A DNA stretch of 64,000 nt, from NCBI GenBank assembly GCA_964447355.1, contig CAYUSG010000001.1, forward strand, positions 9,217 to 73,216, in the 5' to 3' direction. This document shows positions 8,520 through 16,441 of this stretch, piece by piece. The DNA comes from an uncultured Paenibacillaceae bacterium. GTDB taxonomy: Bacteria > Bacillota > Bacilli > Paenibacillales > CAYUSG01. The position numbers and the translations under genes were made by a program. Position 1 is the stretch's first letter; the number at the start of each line of letters is the position of its first letter. Under the pieces are notes generated by a model that saw only the letters and a list, made by a program, of their open reading frames with translations, ran no database searches and was not told the origin of the DNA.

Positions 8520-8957
8520 TTATTGCGTACGCAGCATACCCTCATGTGCTAGTTCCAGTAATTCAATAGCGACTTCAGATGCAGTTGCGTTAAAATCAGG
8601 CGCAGTATACTTCACTGGCCAAGCTTCAATAACCTGCCAAGTAGCCACATCCTCGCCCTCTTCATCGATGGCGATAATGGTTACCGTCTTTCTTTCGAGG
8701 GTACCCTCTACGATGCAATCCTGAATCCATTCGAATAAATCCATCGACTCAGTAGCGCCCCACTTCAAAGTGATGTTGCCGTATTTAGCCAATCCCGGCA
8801 ATTTACGCGGTGTAATCACATCGGTACCTTCTCTATATTCTATAACATCTAATGAAGCGTCAAACCCGGATACTTCACTAAAACCTGCTTGCTCAATACC
8901 TTCTACCTCTACACGAAATCGAAACTTGCGGTATGGATCATTACGTTCGCCTGCCAT
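8520..8957 (-). CDS. Tail tube protein (Afp1 position), T4 gp19-like tube family
   Basis: NDPYRKFRFRVEVEGIEQAGFSEVSGFDASLDVIEYREGTDVITPRKLPGLAKYGNITLKWG is a typical eCIS/phage tube signature. The gene is immediately downstream of the sheath gene. Confidence 0.9.
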   Translation of the reverse strand: MAGERNDPYRKFRFRVEVEGIEQAGFSEVSGFDASLDVIEYREGTDVITPRKLPGLAKYGNITLKWGATESMDLFEWIQDCIVEGTLERKTVTIIAIDEEGEDVATWQVIEAWPVKYTAPDFNATASEVAIELLELAHEGMLRTQ

Positions 8958-8994
8958 GTGTTATTCTTCCTTTCCATTCATATGATAGATTAGA

Positions 8995-10680
8995 TTATTG
9001 CTCGTTGGTTTTCTGAGTAATGCGGAACACTACGAACTCTGCTGGTTTCACCGGTGCAATTCCGATCACACAAATCAATCGGCCATTATCAATATCATCC
9101 TGTGTCATCGTATTGCTGCTAATGTCGATGAAGAACGCCTCGTTAGGGGATGACCCCATTAAAGCGCCGCCGCGCCATACTCGTGTTAGAAAAGCATCGA
9201 TGGTACGGTGGACTCTAGCCCAAAGGCGCTCATCGTTCGGTTCAAACACAACCCAGTTCGTACCTGCCTTAATGGATTCCTCTACAAAGATAAACAGACG
9301 ACGAACGTTAATGTATTTCCAAAGCGCGTTCGAGGAAGTCGTCCTCGCTCCCCATATCCGGATGCCTTGACCCGAGAAGCTTCTGATTAAGTTAACACCC
9401 TTCGGATTGAGAATATCTTGCTCGCCTTTATTGTACTGCACATCTAATCCCGTCACGCCGCGCACGACTTCGTTCGCTGGAGCCTTCTCCACACCTCTTG
9501 TACTGTCACTGCGAGCGTATACCCCTGTGACAGATCCTGACGGCGGAATGAAAATATTGCGCTTCTCAAGCGGATCGAACACCTGCAGCCAAGGATTATA
9601 CATTGCCGCATAACTAGAATCGAACATATCGCGGTGAGTAAGCACATCCGGCACCTTTGTTTTCTCTCTTGGAATATCCAAGACCGCGAAGCGGCTTCCT
9701 AAATTCTCACAGTGTGCGACTAACGCAAGCTGCACATTAGGGTCCGTAACACCCGGAATCGCCATGATGCTGACTTGATCGTTATCAACGAAAGCTTGAA
9801 TGCCTGTCCGTTTGCCCGGACCGTTATCTTCGCCCACATAATTTGTCGGACTAATACCGCCGACAGAGCCATCAGATCCGCCAGCCAGCACTACCGTATA
9901 CTGGGAGCTTTCACCAAACATCTCATCGACGCTTGCGCCATCTTGGGCTTGAATCGTTACTAACGCGGAACGGGATGTCACTTTATCAACGTAATTAGCC
10001 GCTTCAATATTAAATGAACAATGTTCGTACGTTTCAACTTCATCGCCAAACACTACATGAACAGTAAATTCAGAGGTCGATAAGACCTTTACCGGTAATA
10101 ATTCATTATCTACAACGTCTCCGTCCAGCTCGTCTTCTAACTGGATGATATGATCTTGAGCTTTGATGACTTTGGAGGATACCGATTCGCTTCCATTAAA
10201 GAAGGAAACCGAATCTCCCTTTTGGAACCCTGCACTGTTCTTTACGCGATAGGTCCCGCCGCCCAAATCTTCGAAAATCTGTGTCTTAGCCTTACTAGAA
10301 GGTGTACAGAATATGCTTAACGCGTTAGCCCAAGCGCCTGGATTCTTCGCAGAGATATGGAACACTTCGCCATCATTTGAAGCTGTAGCCGCATCCGATG
10401 GAGCAACACGCATAATATAAGCTCTTGAACCCCCATTAACGAAGAATTGATCTACGGCATATGCAAGGTAGCGATACGCTCCAAATTGATTCTCTGATAA
10501 GTAAGAGCCATAGTTACGTTTGAAATCATTCATACTGGTTACAAGGATTGGCAATCCTTCCACGGGACCTCTTTCAGCTAGTCCAATGAAACCTGCCGTG
10601 CTTGTGCTTACGCCTGACAACGGTTGTCCTGCACTGTCAAATTCTTCAACGTAAACACCTGGTGATAAATATTCGGCCAT
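8995..10680 (-). CDS. Contractile tail sheath protein (Afp2-4 equivalent)
   Basis: The N-terminal MAEYLSPGVYVEEFDSAGQPLSGVSTSTAGFIGLAERGP is the canonical sheath start. The C-terminal region (NPKGVNLIRSFSGQGIRIWGARTT) is sheath-like. Confidence 0.92.
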   Translation of the reverse strand: MAEYLSPGVYVEEFDSAGQPLSGVSTSTAGFIGLAERGPVEGLPILVTSMNDFKRNYGSYLSENQFGAYRYLAYAVDQFFVNGGSRAYIMRVAPSDAATASNDGEVFHISAKNPGAWANALSIFCTPSSKAKTQIFEDLGGGTYRVKNSAGFQKGDSVSFFNGSESVSSKVIKAQDHIIQLEDELDGDVVDNELLPVKVLSTSEFTVHVVFGDEVETYEHCSFNIEAANYVDKVTSRSALVTIQAQDGASVDEMFGESSQYTVVLAGGSDGSVGGISPTNYVGEDNGPGKRTGIQAFVDNDQVSIMAIPGVTDPNVQLALVAHCENLGSRFAVLDIPREKTKVPDVLTHRDMFDSSYAAMYNPWLQVFDPLEKRNIFIPPSGSVTGVYARSDSTRGVEKAPANEVVRGVTGLDVQYNKGEQDILNPKGVNLIRSFSGQGIRIWGARTTSSNALWKYINVRRLFIFVEESIKAGTNWVVFEPNDERLWARVHRTIDAFLTRVWRGGALMGSSPNEAFFIDISSNTMTQDDIDNGRLICVIGIAPVKPAEFVVFRITQKTNEQ

Positions 10681-10687
10681 TTGTTAC

Positions 10688-10733
10688 CCGATTTTCGGTC
10701 TAATTGGTTAATGCTGCCGAAATCGGTTCCTCC
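10688..10733 (-). promoter_or_regulatory. Strong Shine-Dalgarno plus a hairpin upstream of the sheath start codon (possible hairpin-bridged RBS)
   Basis: Minus strand: GAAAGGAGG-AA-[CCGATTTCGG..18 nt..CCGAAAATCGG]-GTAACAA-ATG. GGAGG is at 10729-10733. The hairpin arms are 10717-10726 and 10688-10698 (10 bp with one bulged A). The 13 nt directly before the ATG contain no good SD. Confidence 0.4.
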
Positions 10734-10809
10734 TTTCGGGGTTTAGAATATGCAAGATCAGTTCGCTGAAGCGAATTGATCGGTGCGACACAATGAATAA
10801 GAACAAGGA

Positions 10810-11373
10810 TTATTTCTGCTTGAGCTTCACTTGACGTTCTCGAACCCGCTTAGTTGGTTTGGTCCGAGTCGAATCTATGAACACAGGGCCTACCTTGTAG
10901 CTGAGTGAAAGTTTGTAAGGCATGCTCGGGAATAAGCTGATCGCTGTTTCTAATGCAATATCTTCCTTCACAATGCGAAACGATTCATTCGTTCCAGCTA
11001 ATGATCCCTCAAGGTCTTCTCCTCTTAATATCGTATGATCATGCAGCACTTGCAGCGTTCTTCCGATAATGCGATGCTCGTCAATTGCCCGAGAGAGTAC
11101 ATCGGATGCTGAATGAGCGGTGATCAAATACGTCAAATCGAGTGCCATTGAGGGATATCGCAAGGTACCGCCTTGATCTATCAAATCATTGTTGCGAAAA
11201 TCCGTATTTTCTTGAATCTCATATAAATATAAACTAAGATTCATATCTCCCTTTTCGCTGGGATGCGCCAAGCCTACACCGTCAGGGTGAGCGATGAGCT
11301 CGGGAACAAGCGCTTCTCTTAATACCTTAACTAAGGATAAGCCTACGTCTGTGATAACCGAGTATGTTGCCAC
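10810..11373 (-). CDS. DUF4255 / Pvc16-like tail terminator (cap) protein
   Basis: MATYSVITDVGLSLVKVLREALVPELIAHPDGVGLAHPSEKGDMNLSLYLYEIQENTDFRN matches my recollection of the Pvc16 N-terminal (DUF4255) domain. It lies between the AAA+ ATPase and the sheath. Confidence 0.8.
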   Translation of the reverse strand: MATYSVITDVGLSLVKVLREALVPELIAHPDGVGLAHPSEKGDMNLSLYLYEIQENTDFRNNDLIDQGGTLRYPSMALDLTYLITAHSASDVLSRAIDEHRIIGRTLQVLHDHTILRGEDLEGSLAGTNESFRIVKEDIALETAISLFPSMPYKLSLSYKVGPVFIDSTRTKPTKRVRERQVKLKQK

Positions 11374-11379
11374 ATATTC

Positions 11380-13614
11380 TCACCCCTTCCAAAGGTCGGC
11401 ATAAACACCTAATCGATCTTTAAGCAATACCTTCCCCGTCTTTTTGTATTCTTGCACTACACCTTCGATTAAGTGTTTCATAGAAACCGGCCCGCCTTCA
11501 TTCGCGGCTAGGTAGGCCGCAGTCAGCACAACATTCTTAATGGGTCCGCCTGCAAGCTCGAAGGTTTTGGCCAAATATTCATAATCAATCGCTTCGACGG
11601 GAAGTTCGCTTGGAAATGAATACCGCCACAGCTCTTCACGCTGTATCGGATCGGGAAAAGGGTACTTAATAATGAATTGAATACGACGCGTGAAGGCATC
11701 GTCCAGATTTTGCGCGAAATTCGTTGCTAGAATGGTTAAACCCTCGTATTCTTCCATCTTCTGCAGTAAATAGGAGGTTTCCATATTGGCGTATTTATCG
11801 TGTGCGTCTTTCACTTCGGAGCGTTTACCGAACAAGGCATCCGCTTCATCAAAGAACAAGATGGCACCGCTTTCTTTGGCTTGATCGAATATATCGCTCA
11901 AATGCTTCTCGGTTTCGCCAATGTATTTGCTGACGATACGGGATAAATCGATCCGATACAGCTCCAAGTTCAACTCTTTAGCTATGACCATAGCAGACAT
12001 CGTTTTACCTGTACCCGGGGGACCTGTAAAGAGCATGCTAAGTCCTTTGCCGTAAGCGAGTTTGCGGTCGAATCCCCATTGATGCATAACCGTATATTGA
12101 AACCGAAGTCTATCGGAGGCTTGTCGCAGCAATTGAATCGTTTCTGGCGGCAGGATCAAATCCTCCCAGGCAAATTTCGACTCCATCTTAACGGCCTTGT
12201 CCTTAATGCGATGATCGATGAGCTGATAGGCTGTGCGATGCAGCAACTGGATGGTTTCAGTTCTCGTCATTGAAGCACCCGTCAGCATCTGCTTCCGTTC
12301 CAACTGTTGATGCCACGCTTTAAGCGTCGCTGTAATCTTCCCAGGGGTAAACCGGAACTTGCCAGCCAATACAGAAGTTTCTGCATCAGTTAAAGCCACA
12401 GTGTCACCCGACAATGACTTCCAGAGCTGTCTGCGTGTCTCAATCGACGGTGTCTCTAACGGCTGAATAAGTAGAGCGGTTGGTGATTCTGGACCCATCA
12501 CTGGCCTAAATGCTTCTTCACCGAATAAGAATACAATGTCTTTCCACGCTAGAAGCTGATCCATAAGCCATTTACGGCGCTGATCCTTGCCATCTGACTG
12601 CGGATCGGATGAGTATAACTGGTCCACGCGATGAAAAGCGGGAACGGCATGATTCAGTTTCGCTTCACGCAGCAAGGTATCTACAGCCGCTTTAAATGGC
12701 TGTTCTTCATTTGGTGCATTATGTATGTCCCATTCCAAGAGCGCCTTGTCCAAGCTCTTGCATAGGTGTCGTGCATGAAAGGTCTTCCCGCTTCCTGAAG
12801 GTCCATGTAACAGCAGCATGACGGTGTGTCCTTTATCCATCGTCTGCTCAGTGAACTGCTGCAAGGTATGATGAATGTCCTCATGCAATATGAATGGCGG
12901 CAAATCCGCTTCCTTATCACGAGGATATAGCTGAATTCGAGAGAGTAGGCCCTCAAACCGCCAATCCCATCCTAAAATGTAATACAACATGCGCTCATCC
13001 AGGCGAATCGGCTGGGTTAAAAGAGAGGCTTCCTGAGAGCCTGCAATCTCTTGAGATGTAAAAAATGTACGCATAAAGGAAGAACGCTTCGTTAACTTCG
13101 TCAAAGCCACTCGATGTTCTTCTTCATTCCTGCAGCATAGTTTAAGCAGGAGGTCCAACGTAATGTACTGACATGTCATATCATCTTGCAAATAAGCATA
13201 CAGCTTCAAATACTTGCGGTTCACATGCGGTGCAATCGCCACGATTAACATACGCATGTCGATTTCAGTTAACTGAAACAGATGCTGTAAGGTAAGCAGC
13301 GGCAATCTGATATAGTGCTCTTGCGATGCTGCCACCCGTGCGGATATCAGCTGTTCCATTTGCTCTATGAGCATCAACTGTTGCTGTGAGAATTCAACCC
13401 ACTGTCGCTGATCTCCAAGCAGATGCCTAGCTTCAGCTTCACTCATAAACATCCCGCGAAACGTCTCCAGCCCTGTGCTATCCTGTACAGGGACGTTCAT
13501 GCGCTGCATCTCGATGTCCAGAATGACATCAAGCTTCAGCAATTCGTCCGACAAATGGTCCATAACATGTCCATAAGGCTCAACTGCTTCCCTCAACTGA
13601 AAGACCGTCTCCAT
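11380..13614 (-). CDS. eCIS AAA+ ATPase (Afp15/Pvc15-like), two AAA modules
   Basis: The C-terminal module carries Walker A FTGPPGTGKTMSAMVIAKEL, Walker B ILFFDEADALFG and a CDC48-like SKYIGETEKHL. The N-terminal module has the weaker LLHGPSGSGKTFHARHL. Confidence 0.9.
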   Translation of the reverse strand: METVFQLREAVEPYGHVMDHLSDELLKLDVILDIEMQRMNVPVQDSTGLETFRGMFMSEAEARHLLGDQRQWVEFSQQQLMLIEQMEQLISARVAASQEHYIRLPLLTLQHLFQLTEIDMRMLIVAIAPHVNRKYLKLYAYLQDDMTCQYITLDLLLKLCCRNEEEHRVALTKLTKRSSFMRTFFTSQEIAGSQEASLLTQPIRLDERMLYYILGWDWRFEGLLSRIQLYPRDKEADLPPFILHEDIHHTLQQFTEQTMDKGHTVMLLLHGPSGSGKTFHARHLCKSLDKALLEWDIHNAPNEEQPFKAAVDTLLREAKLNHAVPAFHRVDQLYSSDPQSDGKDQRRKWLMDQLLAWKDIVFLFGEEAFRPVMGPESPTALLIQPLETPSIETRRQLWKSLSGDTVALTDAETSVLAGKFRFTPGKITATLKAWHQQLERKQMLTGASMTRTETIQLLHRTAYQLIDHRIKDKAVKMESKFAWEDLILPPETIQLLRQASDRLRFQYTVMHQWGFDRKLAYGKGLSMLFTGPPGTGKTMSAMVIAKELNLELYRIDLSRIVSKYIGETEKHLSDIFDQAKESGAILFFDEADALFGKRSEVKDAHDKYANMETSYLLQKMEEYEGLTILATNFAQNLDDAFTRRIQFIIKYPFPDPIQREELWRYSFPSELPVEAIDYEYLAKTFELAGGPIKNVVLTAAYLAANEGGPVSMKHLIEGVVQEYKKTGKVLLKDRLGVYADLWKG

Positions 13615-13712
13615 TATGTATGTTCCTGCCCGTAACTGATGTCGTGTGGAGAGGTGACAGCCTTGAGTGCGTTGGGTAAACAGCTGTTACCAGCACATAG
13701 ATCATATGGCAT
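13614..13712 (-). CDS. Unannotated 32-codon ORF translationally coupled to the ATPase gene (hypothetical)
   Basis: Below the track's size cut-off. AAGGAG (13723-13728) lies 10 nt before ATG 13712. It encodes MPYDLCAGNSCLPNALKAVTSPHDISYGQEHT. Its TAA overlaps the ATPase ATG as TAATG (13612-13616). Confidence 0.3.
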   Translation of the reverse strand: MPYDLCAGNSCLPNALKAVTSPHDISYGQEHT

Positions 13713-13802
13713 AAACCTTCACTCCTTTATGACTAGTGAAATTCATGAACAGTATTGAATTTATTTCTCCCTAGACTTCGACAAAGATTCTACTATAATA
13801 GT

Positions 13803-13839
13803 CGCTTTCTACTAATTTTACAGCATCTAATAGAAAGCG
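13803..13839. promoter_or_regulatory. 9-bp inverted repeat in the gap between the phosphatase gene and the eCIS genes
   Basis: cgctttcta (13803-13811) pairs with tagaaagcg (13831-13839) around a 19-nt loop. No U-tract follows on the minus strand, so it is not a canonical terminator and may be an operator or RNA structure. Confidence 0.3.
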
Positions 13840-13868
13840 CAACCATTGTTTATAATTTTATGTCACCC

Positions 13869-15227
13869 TTAACACTTTTTGTCGAATTGCACAAACATGA
13901 CAGCAATATCGTCAGATTGGGGATAACCGTTCGCAAACTCCATCACTCGTTCATGCAGCATAGCAATCATACGCTCGGGGCCCATCTGACAGCCTGCTTC
14001 CAAAGTCTCAAGCAACCGCTCTTTGCCGAACATCTCTCCGTTAGCATTCTCCGCTTCCGTTATGCCGTCAGTATATAAAACGAGCGTCTCACCATAAGTT
14101 AGGGTGATCTGGCGATCGGTGTACTCCGCTTCTTCAAAAATACCAATCGGCAAATGTTTAGACGTCTGCACAGTGCTTACTTGTGAGCCTCTTATCAAAT
14201 AAGGCGTACAATGACCGCCATCGCAAAATTGAAGTTGTCCTGTACGCGTATCCAGAATTGCTAGGAATAAGGTGGCAAACATCGTGGAATCTTCTGAACT
14301 AATCTCTCGATTGATAGCTTGCAATATCTCTGAAGGGGACCGCTCTGCGCTTGCCTTGGCTTGGATCCAAATCATCAGTCCTGACATGAACAGTGCTGCG
14401 GGCATGCCCTTATCCGATACATCCCCCAAACAGATCAACAGCTTATGATCATCCAGTTCGACAAAATGATACAAATCCCCTCCAACCTCCCGGGCTGGTG
14501 TAAGACTTGCAAATAAAGTGACTTGATGCTTCTGCAGTGTATGGCCGGGCAGAAAGCTCATTTGAATCTCTTGGGCGATCTTCAACTCACTTTCCAAACG
14601 TTCCTTAGCAGCTGTCGTCTCTCGAAGTGTCTCCATAGATTTCAGCAACGCTTCATACAGCAGCATATTCTCCAGCGCAATAGAGATCGGGGAGGCCATC
14701 ATTTCCAGCAAACGAAGATCGCGTTTATGAAACGAGCGGCCATTCATTTTATTAATGACCTGAAGCACGCCTAACGTTCTCTGATTAGATATCACAGGCA
14801 CACAGAGCATATTTCTCGTAGGCACATTCACTTTGGACGACACGCGGTTCGACCAACGAGGGTCTTTAGCCGCATCCGATATGAGAACTGGCTTCCCAGT
14901 AGACGCTACCCAGCCCGCTACACCTTCACCGGATTTCAGTCTGATCTCTTGAATTTCATCCTGTTTATCGCCAACCGCCACTTCAAAGTACAGCTCGTCC
15001 TTCTCTTCATCGACTAAGATAATTGAAGAGCCTTCTGCTTGCATCGTCTTGGCCGTTGTCTCCATTATCAGCTTGAGTAATGCCTTGCGATTCATCGTTG
15101 AGCTTAATTGAAGACCAATGTTCAGCAGTGTCGAGGTACGCTGCCATTCCTTGTACAATCTATAAATAATGCCAACCAGAACGATCAACACCGCCACAAA
15201 AAAGGCATATATCATGCTTGAATCCAC
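13869..15227 (-). CDS. Membrane-anchored GAF-PP2C (SpoIIE/RsbU-type) serine phosphatase
   Basis: N-terminal TM helix (IYAFFVAVLIVLVGIIY). GAF-like region (GSSIILVDEEKDELYFEVAVG...GEGVAGWVASTGKPVLISDAAKDPRW). SpoIIE-type PP2C motifs (REVGGDLYHF, LGDVSDKGMPAALFMS, LVLYTDGITEA, QSDDIAVMFV). Confidence 0.88.
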   Translation of the reverse strand: MDSSMIYAFFVAVLIVLVGIIYRLYKEWQRTSTLLNIGLQLSSTMNRKALLKLIMETTAKTMQAEGSSIILVDEEKDELYFEVAVGDKQDEIQEIRLKSGEGVAGWVASTGKPVLISDAAKDPRWSNRVSSKVNVPTRNMLCVPVISNQRTLGVLQVINKMNGRSFHKRDLRLLEMMASPISIALENMLLYEALLKSMETLRETTAAKERLESELKIAQEIQMSFLPGHTLQKHQVTLFASLTPAREVGGDLYHFVELDDHKLLICLGDVSDKGMPAALFMSGLMIWIQAKASAERSPSEILQAINREISSEDSTMFATLFLAILDTRTGQLQFCDGGHCTPYLIRGSQVSTVQTSKHLPIGIFEEAEYTDRQITLTYGETLVLYTDGITEAENANGEMFGKERLLETLEAGCQMGPERMIAMLHERVMEFANGYPQSDDIAVMFVQFDKKC

Positions 15228-15244
15228 CTACAATCCCCCAGTCT

Positions 15245-15586
15245 TCATGTTGCGGAAACAAACTGCTGTGCCTCAGTCTCTGAATTGAATATCGAGAATA
15301 TTTGGGAAAACCCAGATATATCAAATACTTCCTTCACGTTCTCATTCAATCCGAATAAAGCCGTCTTCCCTCCAGCCGCTTTCGTCTTCTTAAGAGATAA
15401 CAGCATGACGCGCAAGCCCGCACTGCTTATATATTCAAGCTCAGTTAAGTCGAATACGATCACATGATGGCCTGCTTCGACCAGCTCTAGAAATGTACGT
15501 TCGAGCTGCTGCATCGTTGTTCCATCCAGTCTTCCAGTCAAGCCAATTTGTCGAAACAGCCCTTTCTCCTCTATTCTAATGTCCAT
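15245..15586 (-). CDS. STAS-domain anti-sigma-factor antagonist (RsbV/SpoIIAA-like)
   Basis: 113 aa. HVIVFDLTELEYISSAGLRVMLLSLKKTKAAGGKTALFGLNENVKEVFDISGF has the conserved serine context of phosphorylatable STAS proteins. Confidence 0.85.
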   Translation of the reverse strand: MDIRIEEKGLFRQIGLTGRLDGTTMQQLERTFLELVEAGHHVIVFDLTELEYISSAGLRVMLLSLKKTKAAGGKTALFGLNENVKEVFDISGFSQIFSIFNSETEAQQFVSAT

Positions 15587-15595
15587 GTCTTAGCT

Positions 15596-16048
15596 TCACT
15601 CCTTCGTCACATTCAACTTTTTTCGCAAGGTCAGCCGATTCATATCCCCGCAGCGCTCGTAAGTGCAATGATCCATATTCGTTCTAATCAGATGGATGCC
15701 CAGTCCGCCGATAGACCGTTCATCCACAGCCAAAGATACATCGGGTGCTTCATACGTAAGCGGATTAAATGCGGGGGCGGTATCCTGAAACTGAATCGTG
15801 ACTTCATCAGGCTCGCTTAACCACAGCATCACATCAATCGATGCATCATTCTTCCCATCCATCTGCTGCGTGTCATTGACGCGATAACCGTGAGTTACAA
15901 CGTTAATGAACCATTCTTCACAAACCAACTGCAAGCTTAAACTGACTGCATCGCTTACATCGTGCTGCCTGCAAAATGCAACAATACCGCGTTGCAGCAC
16001 CTTCCACTCTTGTAATTGCGGCGCTAATTGCATTGCTGTTCGCTTCAA
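15596..16048 (-). CDS. RsbW/SpoIIAB-like anti-sigma serine kinase (HATPase_c_2)
   Basis: 150 aa. LVCEEWFINVVTHGY (N-box-like) and IGGLGIHLIRTNMDHCTYERCGDMNRLTLRKKL (G-box plus C-terminal strand) are typical of anti-sigma regulatory kinases. Confidence 0.8.
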   Translation of the reverse strand: MKRTAMQLAPQLQEWKVLQRGIVAFCRQHDVSDAVSLSLQLVCEEWFINVVTHGYRVNDTQQMDGKNDASIDVMLWLSEPDEVTIQFQDTAPAFNPLTYEAPDVSLAVDERSIGGLGIHLIRTNMDHCTYERCGDMNRLTLRKKLNVTKE

Positions 16049-16060
16049 GGGTCCATCCTC

Positions 16061-16402
16061 CTATCCGAGTTTGATCACCATTTGCTCTAACGTTCTTAAA
16101 CGCTGCCCCAGGGAACGAAGCAAACCAACACCTACCTCAGGATAAAGCCGAACCAATCGAGCCATTTCACTGCCTGCAATTTCCAGCACCTTGGCTTGAT
16201 CAAATAAAATTTGCGCTGAAACCAACGAAGGTTGATCGTCGAACAGCCTTCCCTCACCTATGGATTGTTTGGGGCCTATAATACCGATGGTGCCCTCTGT
16301 CCCATTATCATTAATACCGCTAATTTCAACGTGACCTTCAACAATGACGAATAACGAGGACGTTGGTTCACCTTGCTTGATGAGGAACGCTCCTTCTTCC
16401 AA
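16061..16402 (-). CDS. C-terminal part of a cyclic-nucleotide-binding-like domain; probably the detached 3' portion of the upstream gene
   Basis: The TTG-started ORF is in the same frame as 16442..19102. AFLIKQGEPTSSLFVIVEGHVEISG...IGEGRLFDDQPSLVSAQI is a cNMP-domain beta-barrel. The phosphate-binding R-[ST]-A is replaced by V-S-A. Confidence 0.6.
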   Translation of the reverse strand: MEEGAFLIKQGEPTSSLFVIVEGHVEISGINDNGTEGTIGIIGPKQSIGEGRLFDDQPSLVSAQILFDQAKVLEIAGSEMARLVRLYPEVGVGLLRSLGQRLRTLEQMVIKLG

Positions 16403-16441
16403 CTGTTTTTCGGCGGCAATGCTGGCCCCTTTCCCTAATTC

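Noticed and set aside
1-13614. Interpreting the tail-like cluster as a prophage or a T6SS
   Set aside because: No capsid, portal, terminase, integrase or lysis genes appear in 64 kb. There are also no TssB/C-type split sheath, ClpV or membrane-complex genes. The AAA+ ATPase plus DUF4255 cap fit an eCIS. Head genes beyond the left edge cannot be formally excluded.
13615-13868. Search for a sigma-B/sigma-F-type promoter (expected output of a partner-switching module) upstream of the eCIS ATPase
   Set aside because: I found only weak partial matches (for example CTTTGT-N11-GGGAGA). Nothing approaches GTTTAA-N12-14-GGGWAW, and there is no convincing sigma-A promoter either. The promoter is left uncalled.
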